Assembly (NCBI GenBank): GCA_038087875.1
Contig: CM075989.1
Location: 23,994,001 to 24,058,000, forward strand
DNA length: 64,000 bases
Direction of reading: 5' to 3'
Origin: Malacoraja senta
Taxonomy: Eukaryota
Made by a program: the position numbers and the translations under genes. This document shows, one piece after another, positions 26,281 to 39,011 of this stretch. The number at the start of each line of letters is the position of its first letter. The stretch's first letter is position 1. The notes under the pieces were generated by a model that saw nothing but the letters and a program-made list of their open reading frames with translations, was not told the DNA's origin and ran no database searches.

Positions 26281-26343
26281 TCATGATTTTGAACAGCTCA
26301 GTTTCCTGTCTCTCCCCTTGAAATTCCTCTTCTTGGCTCCAAT
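26281..26343 (-). CDS. lmnl3: Candidate alternative terminal exon (LIIIb-type, polybasic plus CaaX-like CSKS)
   Basis: ttactag|IGAKKRNFKGRDRKLSCSKS* in phase 0, 342 bp after exon 10. Polypyrimidine tract is weak. AATAAA on - at about 25953-25958. Confidence 0.5.
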   Translation of the reverse strand: MGAKKRNFKGRDRKLSCSKS

Positions 26344-26685
26344 CTAGTAAACCTCTGCATCTATTGCAGCGGCTGGTCACTCCCCCTACAATGCAATCAT
26401 TTGCCCTGGGAAGGTGACTTGAAGACTAACTCTGCGTGGATGACACAAACACCTTGTGATACCAAGTCTATTTATTGCTCAGTTTTACTCCCAAATAGAA
26501 ATACTGTTTTGGATCAATTGCTTGTTTTCCATTGCAATAGACACTAAAATGGTGGTTGATATATCTAATCTGTTTTGCACATGCATTCAATGCATTATTC
26601 CATTTATTTTGCATAGAAATATATTCTCAGGGCACTTTAGGCTTGTATTTTGTCCAACAGGTGATGAGGTTTTGAACATTCATAC

Positions 26686-26799
26686 CGTTGCACTATATTC
26701 AAGTCCACTTGTGCCCTCAACAGGACCATCAGACCCCTCTTCCCTAGATTTCCCTTCCAATGTTCCAGGCATTTGCACGGCAGTCCAAGTAGACATCTC
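26686..26799 (-). CDS. lmnl3: Lamin LIII exon 10 (114 nt)
   Basis: ttctacag|EMSTWTAVQMPGTLEGKSREEGSDGPVEGTSGLEYSAT|gtatga; phase 0/0, correct position. No long acidic run, unlike lamin B1/B2. Confidence 0.8.
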
Positions 26800-28365
26800 C
26801 TGTAGAATCAACATCACCGTTAGTTGCAAAATGGATCCTCGGCCAAAACTCTTGTAATCATCAGAACCATGACAAGACTGATGGGGCTCCCTCAATATGT
26901 TATTATGCAGAATCTCAACATTTTGTTAAATTATTCTACAGGAATTCCTGTGTTTTATATTCATCAATGGACGGGAGGCTTATTTCCATCGATAGCTGCC
27001 TGTCACGGCAGATTTATAACATAATTTTAGTTTTAAACATTTAACTCTGGCCTTGAGCAATTCATTCATACACCACAATATTTATTCTCAGACATCAAAT
27101 TATGCAAAGGAATTACATATTAGGAATTGCATAACTTCTCAAACATTTGTTTCTCTTTGTAGAAATTCGCAACCTTTACAAATATTTTTTTCCTTGACTT
27201 AATGACCGTAGTAAATAAAACAGGCTTCTGGTACAAGTTATCCAATAAATATTAAACTTGTTTTCGCATCAAAACTTACTTTCTTGAGCAACCTCTCTGG
27301 TCAGTTAACCTAATAGTCTACTTGATACAAGCTAAATTGTATTTGACAGTGTTGCAGTCGTGTGCTTCAGTATGGTTAACCAAGTCAAAAATATATGGGA
27401 AAAAATTGTGCATGTCATGTGAAAATGTGGAACCCAAAAATGGCACACAAAAACCAACCAGAAAATATTGCAGGATTCAAGATTCAAATTAATAGCCTTC
27501 CTCTGTCCGACAGAAGGTAAAAACTTATCCATCTCTTCAAACGAGGCATTATTGCTTTGAATATCCAACTAAGTCAGGTCTAATTTACCAGGGCTTATTT
27601 TAAACTAAAACTCAATCAATTATGGCAATTTTTAGAAAATAGTAACCTGATGTAAACTGTGCCTTCTGCACAAATTCAATTGTTATTTTCCAGCTGCTTT
27701 AGACATTAGTTTCCAGCATTTTGGACAGCAAGAACTTCTTGTTCATACTTGGTAAAAGATATCTCCTTCCCACATCCCACACCAAAATAAATGCCTGATG
27801 ATACCTCGGGCTTCTCCTTTTAACAAGCTGTGAGATAGCGTGCTGATTAAACTTAGCTTTTTCACGTGAAACTTTTGACTCGATTTCTCCAGTATGATTA
27901 ATGCCTCGTAGAACTCCCCATTTCATCTATGCCCCCTTGCCGCATGGCTGTCACCCAGTGAGGGTGGGAAGAACTACCTCAAAGTTACACCGAGTCCGTC
28001 ACATAATCTCACCGCCAGGCAAAAAAACAAAACAGGAATCAAGCAGAACATTTGTTAAAGAATTGACTCAGGACAACTGCATTGATATGTCCTCAGCAAA
28101 GCCTTCATGCACTTCACTACAGCAATTACATTTGTAAAGGAGTCTGTCAAACATTTTACGACCCCATTAAAATGCCAACAAAAATGATAAGTCTGTTGGG
28201 ACACTAAGTGAGTGAAATGCCACACTAAATTTAGTGATTGACAAAGTGGGCATTAAAATGGGACAGCGCAACTTTTAGTACTTAAGATGGACGACTATGT
28301 ACCTCATTGGACCCTTGGACAATCCTTGATCAGACATTGCCGGCTTTACCTTCCACTATCATGTA

Positions 28366-29979
28366 CAGTGGCTTGTGAAAGTTTTCAAACCCCTTGAACT
28401 TTTCCACATTTTGTCACGTTACAACCACGAACGTAAATGTATTTTATTGGGATTTTATGTGATAGACCAACACAAAGTGGTGCATAATTGTGAAGTGGAA
28501 GGAAAATGATACATGGTTTTCAATTTTTTTTACAAATAAAAAACTGAAAAGTGTCGCGTGCAAAAGTATTCAGCCCCCCTGAGTCAATACTTTGTAGAAC
28601 CACCTTTCGCTGCAATTACAGCTGCAAGTCTTTTGGGGGTATGTCTCTACCAGCTTTGCACATCTAGAGACTGAAATTTTTCCCCATTCTTCTTTGCAAA
28701 ATAGCTCAAGCTCAGTCAGATTGGAGAGCGTCTGTGAACAGCAATTTTCAAGTCTTGCAAGAGATTCTCAATTGGATTTAGGTCTGGATTTTGACTGGGC
28801 CATTCTAACACATGAATATGCTTTGATCTAAACCATTCCATTGTAGCTCTGGCTGTATGTTTAGGGTCGTTGTCCTGCTGGAAGGTGAACCTCCGCCCCA
28901 GTCTCAAGTCTTTTGCAGACTCTAACAGGTTTTCTTCCAAGATTGCCCTGTATTTGGCTCCATCCATCTTCCCATCAACTCTGACCAGCTTCCCTGTCCC
29001 TGCTGAAGAAAAGCATCCCCACAGCATGATGCTGCCACCACCATGTTTCACAGTGGGGATGGTGTGTTCAGGGTGATGTGCAGTGTTAGGTTTCCGCCAC
29101 ACATAGCGTTTTGCATTTAGGCCAAAAACTTCAATTTTGGTCTCATCTGACCAGAGCACCTTCCTCCACATGTTTGCTGTGTCCCCCACATGGCTTGTGG
29201 CAAACTGCAAACGGGACTTCTTATGGCTTTTTTTCAACAATGGCTTTCTTCTTGCCACTCTTCCATAAAGGCCCGATTTGTGGAGTGCACGACTAATAGT
29301 TGTCCTGTGGACAGATTCTCCCACCTGAGCTGTGGATCTCTGCAGCTCCTCCAGAGTTACCATGGGCCTCTTGGCTGCTTCTCTGATCAATGATCTCCTT
29401 GCCCGCCCTGTCAGTTTAGGTGGATGGCCATGTCTTGATAGGTTTGCAGTTGTGCCATACTCTTTCCATTTTCGGATGATGGATTGTACAGTGCTCCATG
29501 AGATGTTCAAAGCTTGGGATATTTGTTTATAACCTAACCCTGCTTTAAACTTCTCCACAACTTTATCCCTGACCTGTCTGGTGTGTTCCTTGGGCTTCAT
29601 GATGCTGTTTGTTCACTAATGTTCTCTAACAAACCTCTGAGGCCTTCACAGAACAGCTGTATTTATACTGAGATTAGATTACACACAAGTGGACTCTATT
29701 TACTAATTAGGTGACTTCTGAAGGCAATGGGTTGCACTGGATTTTATTTAGGGGTATCAGAGTAAAGGGGGCTGAATACTTTTGCAAGCGACACTTTTCA
29801 GTTTTTTATTTGTAAAAAAATTTGAAAACCATGTATCATTTTCCTTCCACTTCACAATTATGTGCCACTTTGTGTTGGTCTATCACATAAAATCGCAATA
29901 AAATACATTTACGTTTGTGGTTGTAACGTGACAAAATGTGGAAAAGTTCAAGGGGTATGAATACTTTTGCAAGCCACTG
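28366..29979 (-). mobile_element. Tc1/mariner DD34E transposon, Passport/Eagle-like, full length (1614 bp)
   Basis: TA target duplications at 28364-65 and 29980-81. About 213-bp TIRs (CAGTGGCTTG...CAAGCCACTG) with inner direct repeats. Transposase ORF inside. Confidence 0.95.
28588..29600 (-). pseudogene. Tc1 transposase, intact for 294 aa then two frameshifts
   Basis: MKPKEHTRQVRDKVVEKF...WSDE...QQDND-(34 aa)-E. The tail NLTELELFCKEEW...KRLAAVIAAKGGSTKY* continues in shifted frames after lesions near 28722 and 28636. Confidence 0.9.
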
Positions 29980-30172
29980 TATCTATACACTGTAAATGGG
30001 TTGATTGTAATCATGTATTTTGTCTTTCCGCTGACTGGATGGTACACAACAAAAGCTTTTCACTGTACCTCGGTGCACGTGACAATATAGTAGACGTGAA
30101 CTGAGTGCACACATTCACATTTGGCATTTACATCAACATGCAGTGGGACAATCTACCAGTTTGTACACTCAC

Positions 30173-30292
30173 CGCTCCAGTGGCGTTGAGAAGGACCAGT
30201 CTCACATCATCTCCACTTCCCCATGATCTCTGTTCCTTCCACACTAAGTCTACAGAAGAGCACGAGGCACCATCGTGATTTGCAGCCCAGAT
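30173..30292 (-). CDS. lmnl3: Lamin LIII exon 9 (120 nt)
   Basis: tgtccag|IWAANHDGASCSSVDLVWKEQRSWGSGDDVRLVLLNATGA|gtgagt; IWAA...DLVWK.Q.SWG.G LTD motif. Confidence 0.95.
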
Positions 30293-30934
30293 CTGGACAA
30301 GATCATAGTTACATTAAAGGATGTTTCATCAAGACTTGGCACACAAAATATATTACAATGGGACGCAAGGAACTGCAGATGCTGGAATCATGAGTAAAAC
30401 AGAGTGCTGGAGGAACACAGCAACTGTGGTAGGAATGGATTGGTGATGTTTTGGGTCAGGATCCTTCTTCAGACTGATTGTAGTAAAGGGAAGAAAACTG
30501 GAAAAGAGGTGGAGACAGGACAAAGCCTGGCAAGTGATATAATATAAAATATATATATATATATATACAAAATGCTGGGGTAACTCAGTGGGTCAGGCAG
30601 CATCGCTGGAGAATATGGATAGGTAACGTTTCAGGTCGGGACCCTGCTTCAGATGTGACTTCAGTCTGAAGAAAGGTCCCAAAGGTGCTGTTTGGGAGCA
30701 AAAGTTTTATAACTTCCTGTTGTAGTAAGTTTGTAAGTTGCTTGTCGATCATTGGATCATGCACAAATTGATATGATTAGTGCAGGTGGGGAGAAGGCAG
30801 GAGAATGGGGTTAGGAGGGGAGATAGATCAGCCATGATTGAATGGCGGAGTAGACTTGATGGGCTGAATGGCCTAATTCTGTTCCTATCACTTATGACCT
30901 TATGAAATTACTCAATTTCCAGGTGCGTACTTAC

Positions 30935-31042
30935 AGTTACAGTTTGTTTGGCTTTAAGGGTAAAATGTGCAGGGAATCTGTATACAATCTGTGTCAAATC
31001 TTCAAATGTTCTCCTTATCATCCACCCTTTTAATGGTTGATC
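30935..31042 (-). CDS. lmnl3: Lamin LIII exon 8 (108 nt)
   Basis: tttgtag|DQPLKGWMIRRTFEDLTQIVYRFPAHFTLKAKQTVT|gtaagt; lamin tail domain (LTD) motif. Confidence 0.95.
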
Positions 31043-31107
31043 CTACAAATATAAGAAGCAAATTATTTGTCAAGTATTTAAAAAGTAACAAATTTTATCA
31101 AGTAGAT

Positions 31108-31411
31108 CGGCACGGTGGCGCAGTGGTAGAGTTGCTGACTCACAGCGCCACAGACCTGGGTTCGATCCCGACTACGGGTGCTGTCTGTAAGTAGTTGGTA
31201 CGTTCTCTCTGTGGCTGCGTTTTCTCCGGGTGCTCCGGTTTCCTCCCACACTCCAAAGACGTACAGGTTTGTAGGTTAATTGGCTTCGGTAAAAGTGTAC
31301 ATTGTCCCGGGTGTGTGTAGGATAGTGCTAGTGTACGGGGATCGCTATTCGGAGCCAATTTCATGGGTTGACGGGCCTATTTGCCCACTGTATCTCTAAA
31401 CTAAACTAAAT
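31108..31411 (+). mobile_element. HE1-like SINE
   Basis: Full head to (ctaaa)n tail. Confidence 0.85.
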
Positions 31412-34400
31412 TCAGCGGGTCAGGCAGCATCTCTGGAGAACGTGGATAGGTGACGTTTCACAGAGTGCTGGAGTAACTCAGCGGGTCAGGCAGCATCTCT
31501 GGAGAACGTGGATAGGTGACGTTTCACAGAGTGCTGGAGTAACTCAGCGGGTCAGGCAGCATCTCTGGAGAACGTGGATAGGTGACATTTGGGGTTAGGA
31601 CCTTAGTTCAGACTGAAGTCGCATCTGAAGAAGGATCCAGGACAAATTTGGGCTGGCAACAGATGCTGTTCTTCCAATTTGTGTGTGTCCTCTCTCTGGC
31701 AATGGAGGAGGCCCAGGACAGAAAGGTCAGGGTGGGAATGGGAAGGGGAGTTAAAACCCAAGGTAACTGGGAAGTCCAGTAGGCCTTGGTGGACCATCAT
31801 CCCCATCCTCCCCCTCTCCACTTCCTCTTTCATTTCCTTTGAACTGTTCAGTGTCACGAGCCCATCAACTCCAGTCTGATTGTCCTGTCACTTACCAACG
31901 CGAGGGATAATTTACAGCAGTCAGTTATTCAGGTTATCTACCTAACATCCAGCCTGTCTTTGAGATGTGAGAAGAAACTGGAGCTCCATGGATGTCCTTG
32001 CAGAAACAGGGTGACTGTCCATGCTCCCTGTAGCTAGCATCCAAACTCAGCATCAAACTCAGGCCACAGTAGCCACACCCAATCCAAGTTGACTTATCTG
32101 ACTTTAACACTGAGAATGAATGAGATATATAAGGGGGTAAACGAACAAGGAAAACCCAACGTGTGGGAAGGAACTGCAGATGCTGGTTTACACTGAACAT
32201 AGACACAAAAAGCTGGGGTAACTCAGCGGGTCAGGCAGCATCTCTGGAGAAAAGGAATATGTGACGTTTCGGGTTCAGACCCTTCTTCAGACATTCTCGT
32301 CCCGCAAATTGGGGACCTGCCCAGAACATCGGCTTTGGCGGCGGTGCAGCGCTGGAGCGCTGTCGTGGAGCGGGCGATGCCTTTCCTGGGTCGCCGCGCT
32401 GGAACTCCAGTATGCTGGGACCGCCGATGAGAACATCGTGGAGCCGCGGTTCTGTGGAGCGGCCAGCTGCGACGCTGAACGTTACATCCCGGAGTCTGGG
32501 ATCTCTCGCTGAGATCGCCAGTGTGTGGGGCTCCGTCCGGCGCGGTCTGTTGGCTTGGAAGCCGCGGTCTCCGGTGGGAATGCGGCCGTTCCTGGCACTT
32601 CAAGCCGCTGGGGGTTCTCCCGACGCCGGAGCACCATCACCCGGCGAGAACATCGGGCGCCGTGGCGGCGACTGTGGAGGCCTCAATAGGCCCGACTCTG
32701 GGTGGACAAGAGGATGGGGACTGGACTTTGTGCCTTCCCCCACAGTGGGGGGATGTTTTTGTGTTTTGGTGTTGAACTTCTTTTTGAATGCTATGTTGTA
32801 TTTTTATTGGTGTGCTGCAAGGACATCTGAATTTCCCCTGAATAAGGGGATTAATAAAGTCTAATTCAATTCAATTCAATTCAATTCAAATGTTGGTTTG
32901 TGAGCAAACTGTCTGGTTTGTGAGTAATTTCCATCTCAAAGATTTAATTTGGTCGTAGATGAGAAGGTCATTAAGGGAAGGAAGCAATGTTTGTTACAAC
33001 TCTCTATCCTACAATATACCAACGACAAAGTCTGAAGAAGGGTCTCAATCCAAAACGTCGCTTATTCCTTTTCTCCAGAGATGCTGTCTGACCCGCTGAG
33101 TTACTCCAGCTTTTTGAGTCTATATTCAAGGAAAACCCAATCCTAACCATACTTCACCACCAGACACAAGCATGCCCCAGTAAAAACAGAAAATGCTGGA
33201 AATAATCATCAGATCAGACATCAGAACGAAGCCTAAAACAATAACTCTCTTTCCCTCTACAGAAGACGCCGTCTGACCAGCTGAAGATCTCCGACGTTTT
33301 AGTTTTAGACGTCTGGTTTAGACGTATTTTGGTTCCATATTTACATCAAGTGCAGGTCTCTGTATGGAAATGAGGAGCAAGTACTATACAGTGTTTGTGC
33401 AAAACAGCACTAATCTTCAACAAAGAATGGCAATGTACACACGGGACTGAAACCAGGATTGCCGTGGACGAAATGGACCTACTTAGGAGATTGAACAATA
33501 AACATATTTGCATTTGCGCTAATTTTTGCTCTTTGTAAGATGACACAAGTGCTTGATCTGGCCATGCTTAAAGAATGCTTTCTATTCCATTATAGACCGA
33601 GACATCATGCACGGCCAAGAATTAAGTAATGAGCAAGAATTTAAAGAAAAATTGGCCAACTCATCACTCAAGTACATTCCGTATTCCTGAAATCCACCCT
33701 ACAAATTGTGCATTTGGCAGAACATTAATCACCATTAGTTGCTTTATAAATGGGCCACGTTTCAGATGGTATTAGTTATGGACATCGTCAATGAGCACAG
33801 GGGTGGCCAGAGAACAGGTCTCATTCAACATACACACAACATGGAACAGTAAGGCACAGGAACGGGACCTTCAGCCCACAAGGTTTGTGCCGTACACCAA
33901 GTTACACAATCTGATGTGTCAGTACATGATGCATATCTCTATACTCCCTGCATTTTCACACAGCTTTCCAAAAGCCTATATTAATACATTTTAGAACATG
34001 GTCAGAAAAAAAAAATCAGCAGGTGCACTAAAGAACTAAGCCCATCCTACCAACAACTAGAACTACTATCTACCTCATTGGAGACCCTTGGACTGACAAT
34101 CTTTGATCGGACTTTTCTGGATTTTATCTGGCACTCAACGTTATTCCCTTCATACTGTATCTATACATTGTGGATGGTTTGATTGTAATCATGTATAATC
34201 TTTCCACTGAGCACACAGCAAAAGCTTTTCACTCCACCTCGGTACACGTAAAAATAAAATAAATTTAAACTCAAAACCAGGAGATAACAAAGACAAAAAT
34301 AAGAATTACAACAGGTCTGAGACAAAATTAGATTATAGAAATAGACAGTTTAAAGTATTACATTAGATGGTCAACATTAAGATGATTTATTTCTTCACCG

Positions 34401-34567
34401 CTGTACATTTACTCATCATTCACGGTGGTGCAGCGGTAGAGTTGCTGCCTCACAGCGCCAGAGACCCGGGTTCAATCCTGATCTCGGGTGCTGTGTGTGC
34501 AGAGTTTGTCCGTTCTCCCTGTGACCTGCGTGGGTTTTCTCTGGATTCCTCCCAGAACCCAAAGACA

Positions 34568-36356
34568 TAGGCTGTGGGCCGAGGAGCTTTATTCCAGTGT
34601 TTCGTGACCCGTCACCAAACTACATGAAATTTTCACATATTGTTTAAAAAAATCATACAAATCACCCCTGAAACTCGTCATGAACAAGACTTGCGCATTT
34701 TCATTAAATTAGAGAAAAAACGGAAAATTTCCGGGTATTTTTAGTCCAATCAAAGCAGGTTTAACATTGAGTTGTATGCCAGTTGGCCAATCACGCGCTT
34801 TGTTTCAGGCTAGCTAGGCAGGGAGCACTGAGAGGGCTTCACTGATGCCTGTTTTACTGGAGATTCCGCTGAAGAGTTTTTCTAGTTCTGTGGAATACAT
34901 GTCGTGGAAACTTGCAGCAGGGTAATTGAATTTAGTGAGAAAAGCATGAAGAAGTCTGAAGAATGTGCAGCTAAATGGAATAAAGTCTTGAAAGCAATGT
35001 CCCTGCCTGAGGTGCTGCTGTCATATTTTGTGAATCAACTGGAACTGAAAAGGTAAGATCTAAAGTCTGAATTTATGAAAATTAATCTGTATGCACTTTA
35101 ATTAATTTAATTGCACCTTTATAATGTGAGAAAATGAGATTTGGAGGCTGTACATTCACTCATTCATTCACATTCATACATTCACCTGTTGCTAGCTGCC
35201 TCCGCCTTCAGTCCGGTACCTTTTTGTTTTTTTGTTATGTTTTTGTTATGTTTGAAGAGCGTTTTTTGTGGGTTTTAAAAAAAAATGTTTTTATGTGGGG
35301 GAAGAGGGTACGGTAAGGGGGATACCGTCCTTCAGTCGCTTCCTTGAGAGGATGCGAATATTATTCGAGTCGCGTCCTCGCCCCCCCCCCCCCCCCGGCA
35401 GCAGCGGAGCAACGTTGGAAACATCGCGGGGTGGGCAATGCCTTACCGGGGATTGTCGTCTGGAGCTCCGGAGTTTTGGGCCTGCTGCACCGACAGCGCG
35501 GAGCTGTGGTTCGCGGAGCTCCCAACGCGGGCGGCGCTGACCAACATCGCGAAGTCCTGCCACTCCACCCGGCTCGGCCTGCGGACTCCGGTGGGAGGTG
35601 ACTGATCTGGAGGTCCGGGCCCTCTCGCCGGGAACGGTGGAACCCCGACGCCGAACCCCGACGGAGGTCCGGGCCGCTGAGGATGTTCTCCGTCGGGGTT
35701 CGGCGTCGGGGTTCCACCGTTCCCGGCGAGAGAGCCTGAGCATCGGGCCGGCGACTGTGGGTGCTCGGGAGGCCCCGACCACGGGTGAACATCTGGGAAG
35801 ATCGGCGGGGAGGCTGGCTGGACTATGGTACCTTCCTTAACTTTGGTGCCGCTGTGGGATTATGTTGTGTGTGGACTTCTGTGTTTGTGCTTTAAAAACA
35901 AAAGTTTATTTATTTATTATTTATTTTTATGTTACTTGACTGTAAGGAAAATCCATTTCGTTGTCTCTAAAATGAGATAATGACAATAAATTGAATACAA
36001 CAACAACAATTCACCCACTCACTCATTCACTCGTTCATTCACTCATTCATTCATGAAGTACATGAACTACATATATATATATATAGGTATAATCATATAT
36101 AGTTTAAATGGACCGCAACACGGAAATAGGCTGCCCATGGTGTAATATGGGCATTGGCCACTAGATGGCGCTTACTTTCCCAATCTCATTTTCTAATTAG
36201 TTTAATTAATTAATGTGCAGCCTTTGGCAATGACGAGTTATGACTTCCTTCTCACTTATATTTCATCTAAATCTGTGGAAAATTTCATGTAGTTTGGTGA
36301 CTTGGGTCACGAAAACTGGATTCTAGACACATTTCTGATGCTCGGCCCACAGCCTA
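34568..36356. mobile_element. Non-autonomous TIR DNA transposon (TAG...CTA ends, 3-bp TSD; Academ-like) inserted in a SINE
   Basis: taggctgtgggccgag / ctcggcccacagccta plus about 50 bp of further imperfect IR. ACA duplicated at 34565-67 and 36357-59; the SINE halves rejoin as caaag-aca-tgcagg. Confidence 0.75.
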
Positions 36357-36949
36357 ACATGCAGGTTTGGAGGTTAATTGGCCCTAGTGTTTAGGGAGTG
36401 GGATAATATAGAATGGATGTGTGAATGGATGATTGATGGTTGGCATGGACTCATGGGTCAATGGGCCTGTTTCTAGGCTGTATCTTTCAATAAATCAATC
36501 CTTCAATCAACCTTCAACCCCGCTACTCCCGCCCGAATTGCGGGGTTGAAGATGACCTGGAGCGGGGTCTTACATCGCCCGGCGCGGCTTTAATGGCCGC
36601 GGGACTTGTTAGCGCCCGCCAGGGGCTCCAACATCAAGACCCAGAGTGCGGCCTTGCATCGCCCTGAATGGCCGCGGGACTTACTTACCATCGCCCGCCG
36701 GGGGCTTTGACTTTGACATCGGGAGGAGAATGGGGAGTGCAGGGGAGAGACAAGACTTTGCCTTCCATCACAGTGAGGAGGAGATTCACTGTGATGGATG
36801 TTTGTGTAAATTGTGTTGTGTCTTGGTTCTTTTCTTGTTGTATGACTGCAGAAACCAAATTTCGTTTGAACTTCATTTGAGGTCCAAATGATAATAAACG
36901 GTATTGTATTGTATTGTATTGTATCAATTCAATCAGAAGCACATTTTTT

Positions 36950-37215
36950 AGTTTAGTTTAGAGATATAGCACGGAAACAGGCCCTTCGGCCCACTGTGTA
37001 CGCACTGACCAGCGATCCCCGCACATTAACATTACCATACACACATAATTTTACATTTATACCAAGCCACTTAACCAGCAAACCTGTACGTCTTTGGAGT
37101 GTGGGAAAACCCAAAGATTTCCAGAGAAAACCCACGCGGTAAAAAGCCCGTACAAACTCTGTACAGACAGCACCCGCAGTCAGGATCGAACCTGGGTCTC
37201 TGGCGATGTGATATA
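36950..37215 (-). mobile_element. HE1-like SINE
   Basis: Reverse-complement copy. Confidence 0.8.
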
Positions 37216-37314
37216 GCTACAAAGTCATGAACTACATGGATGAGTCTCTAGTACAGAGAAGGGTGATGTTATGGGGCACTGATGTAGTTTGCGGGAGCAA
37301 TGAAGGACCTTTAC

Positions 37315-37528
37315 CTTATTGGAAATATTCCTTAATTTGACAAATTTTCCTTCATTGTCAATTTCATCTAATATAACTTTCCCTTTCGAATGTGTGTGTT
37401 CCTTTTTTTCATAATTATAGGCGGCAATCTCCGTTTCAAACAACTTTCTTTTCTTCCCACAAGGGGTGGAGACGTGGCTCGGTGAAGCTACCACGCTCTG
37501 GACCAAAGAGCGTGGAGTCAAGTCTAGC
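37315..37528 (-). CDS. lmnl3: Lamin LIII exon 7 (NLS KKRK, start of Ig-fold tail)
   Basis: gacag|G LDLTPRS...CGKKRKLFE...EHTHSKGKVILDEIDNEGKFVKLRNISNK|gtaaag. Confidence 0.95.
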
Positions 37529-38513
37529 CTGTCATGTGGGAAACAAGCAGATACAAGTCATGCATATTTCATGCTGCATGCAAGCAGAACAACTCCGCAC
37601 TCCACCGGTTGCATATTGAGACATGTAGGAAGGAACTGCAGATGCTGGTATACACTGAAAATAGACACAAAAGGCTGTTTATCCATGCTAGATCACGCCA
37701 CACACCATCTCATGTGTTGGGTTGGGCCACCATATATTTCCAAACCTTGTCTTCTTTGCTTTAAAATTATTCATAATCATCCTCAACTCACCCTCAGCAC
37801 CGACTTGAGATCAATTTTATATATTGACCACAAAAAATAAATGTTCTAGTCTTTAGTTTTAGAGATACAGCGCGGAAACAGGCCCTACAAACTAAAACTC
37901 TCAAAGAGCCAAAGATGGAACAGCATGTAATGCAGAAAGTAGAAACGAGGAACTGCAGATGTTGCTTTACAACAAAGGTTCAAAGTGCTGGAGTAACTCA
38001 GCAGGTCAGGCAGCATCTGTGGAGAACATGGATAGGTGACGTTTCAGAGTGCTGGAGTAACTCAGCGGGTCAGGCAGCATCTGTGGAGAACATGGATAGG
38101 TGATGTTTCAGGTCGGGACTGATTGTGGGTGGGGGTCGACTAAGAAAGCTGGGTGAGAGGAGGGGCAAGACAATGCAGAAAAGTAGTGACCATTAAATTT
38201 ATTCCAGTGAAGATAGATTATCAAGTGGCAAAACTTTGTTGCAGTCAAATAAACACAACATACATAACTCTTCCATCTCTCTTCCCCCCCACTCCTTCAC
38301 TGCATCTAGTCAGTAGAAGTGTCCTGACCTGGAACGTCACCTATCCATGTTCTCCAGGGATGCTGCCTGACCCACTGAGTTACTCCAGCACTCTGTGAAA
38401 CGTCACCTATCCATGTTCTCCACAGATGCTGCCTGACCCGCTGAGTTACTCCAGCACTCTGTGCTTTTCCTTGGTAAACCATCGCCTGCATTCCTCGTTT
38501 CTACAAAACATAC

Positions 38514-38734
38514 CTTTGTTCCTCTCCCTCCAACATCTTCCTGTAAGCATTAATTTCCAGGTCCAAGGCCAGTTTCACGTCGAGCAGTTGCTCGTATTCC
38601 TCCAGCTTCTCCTGCGCCTTCTTGCGTATTTCCCCAATGACCTCTTCCTTGGCCAACATCCTCTGCTGCCAAGTGGCCCGCTCACGATCCAACAACATCT
38701 CCCGGTCCTGAACACTCGCCTTCAGCTCAGAAAT
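38514..38734 (-). CDS. lmnl3: Lamin LIII exon 6 (221 nt), coil 2B end
   Basis: tttcag|ISELKAS...[31 protein letters not shown]|gtatgt; intermediate-filament helix-termination signature. Confidence 0.97.
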
Positions 38735-38756
38735 CTGAAACGTCAGGAGTTTCACA

Positions 38757-39011
38757 TTAGTTTAGTTTAGAAATACAGCGTAGAAACAGGCCCTTTGACC
38801 CACCGAGTCTGTGCCGACCATCCTACACACGAGAGACAATTTACAGAGGCCAATTAACCTACAAACCCGCACGTCTTTGGGACGAGGAGGAAACCGGAGC
38901 TCCTGGAGAAAACCCACGTGGTCACAGGGAGAACGTACAAACTCCATACAGACAGCACCCGTAGTCAGGATCGAACACGTATTGAAGGAAGCAACCCTCC
39001 CGCTGTGCCAC
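38757..39011 (-). mobile_element. HE1-like SINE
   Basis: Reverse-complement copy just upstream of the lamin exon 6 acceptor. Confidence 0.8.

Noticed and set aside
35268-35840. Overlapping Arg/Pro-rich ORFs on both strands
   Set aside because: By-product of GC-rich repeat sequence; no domain motifs or splice context.
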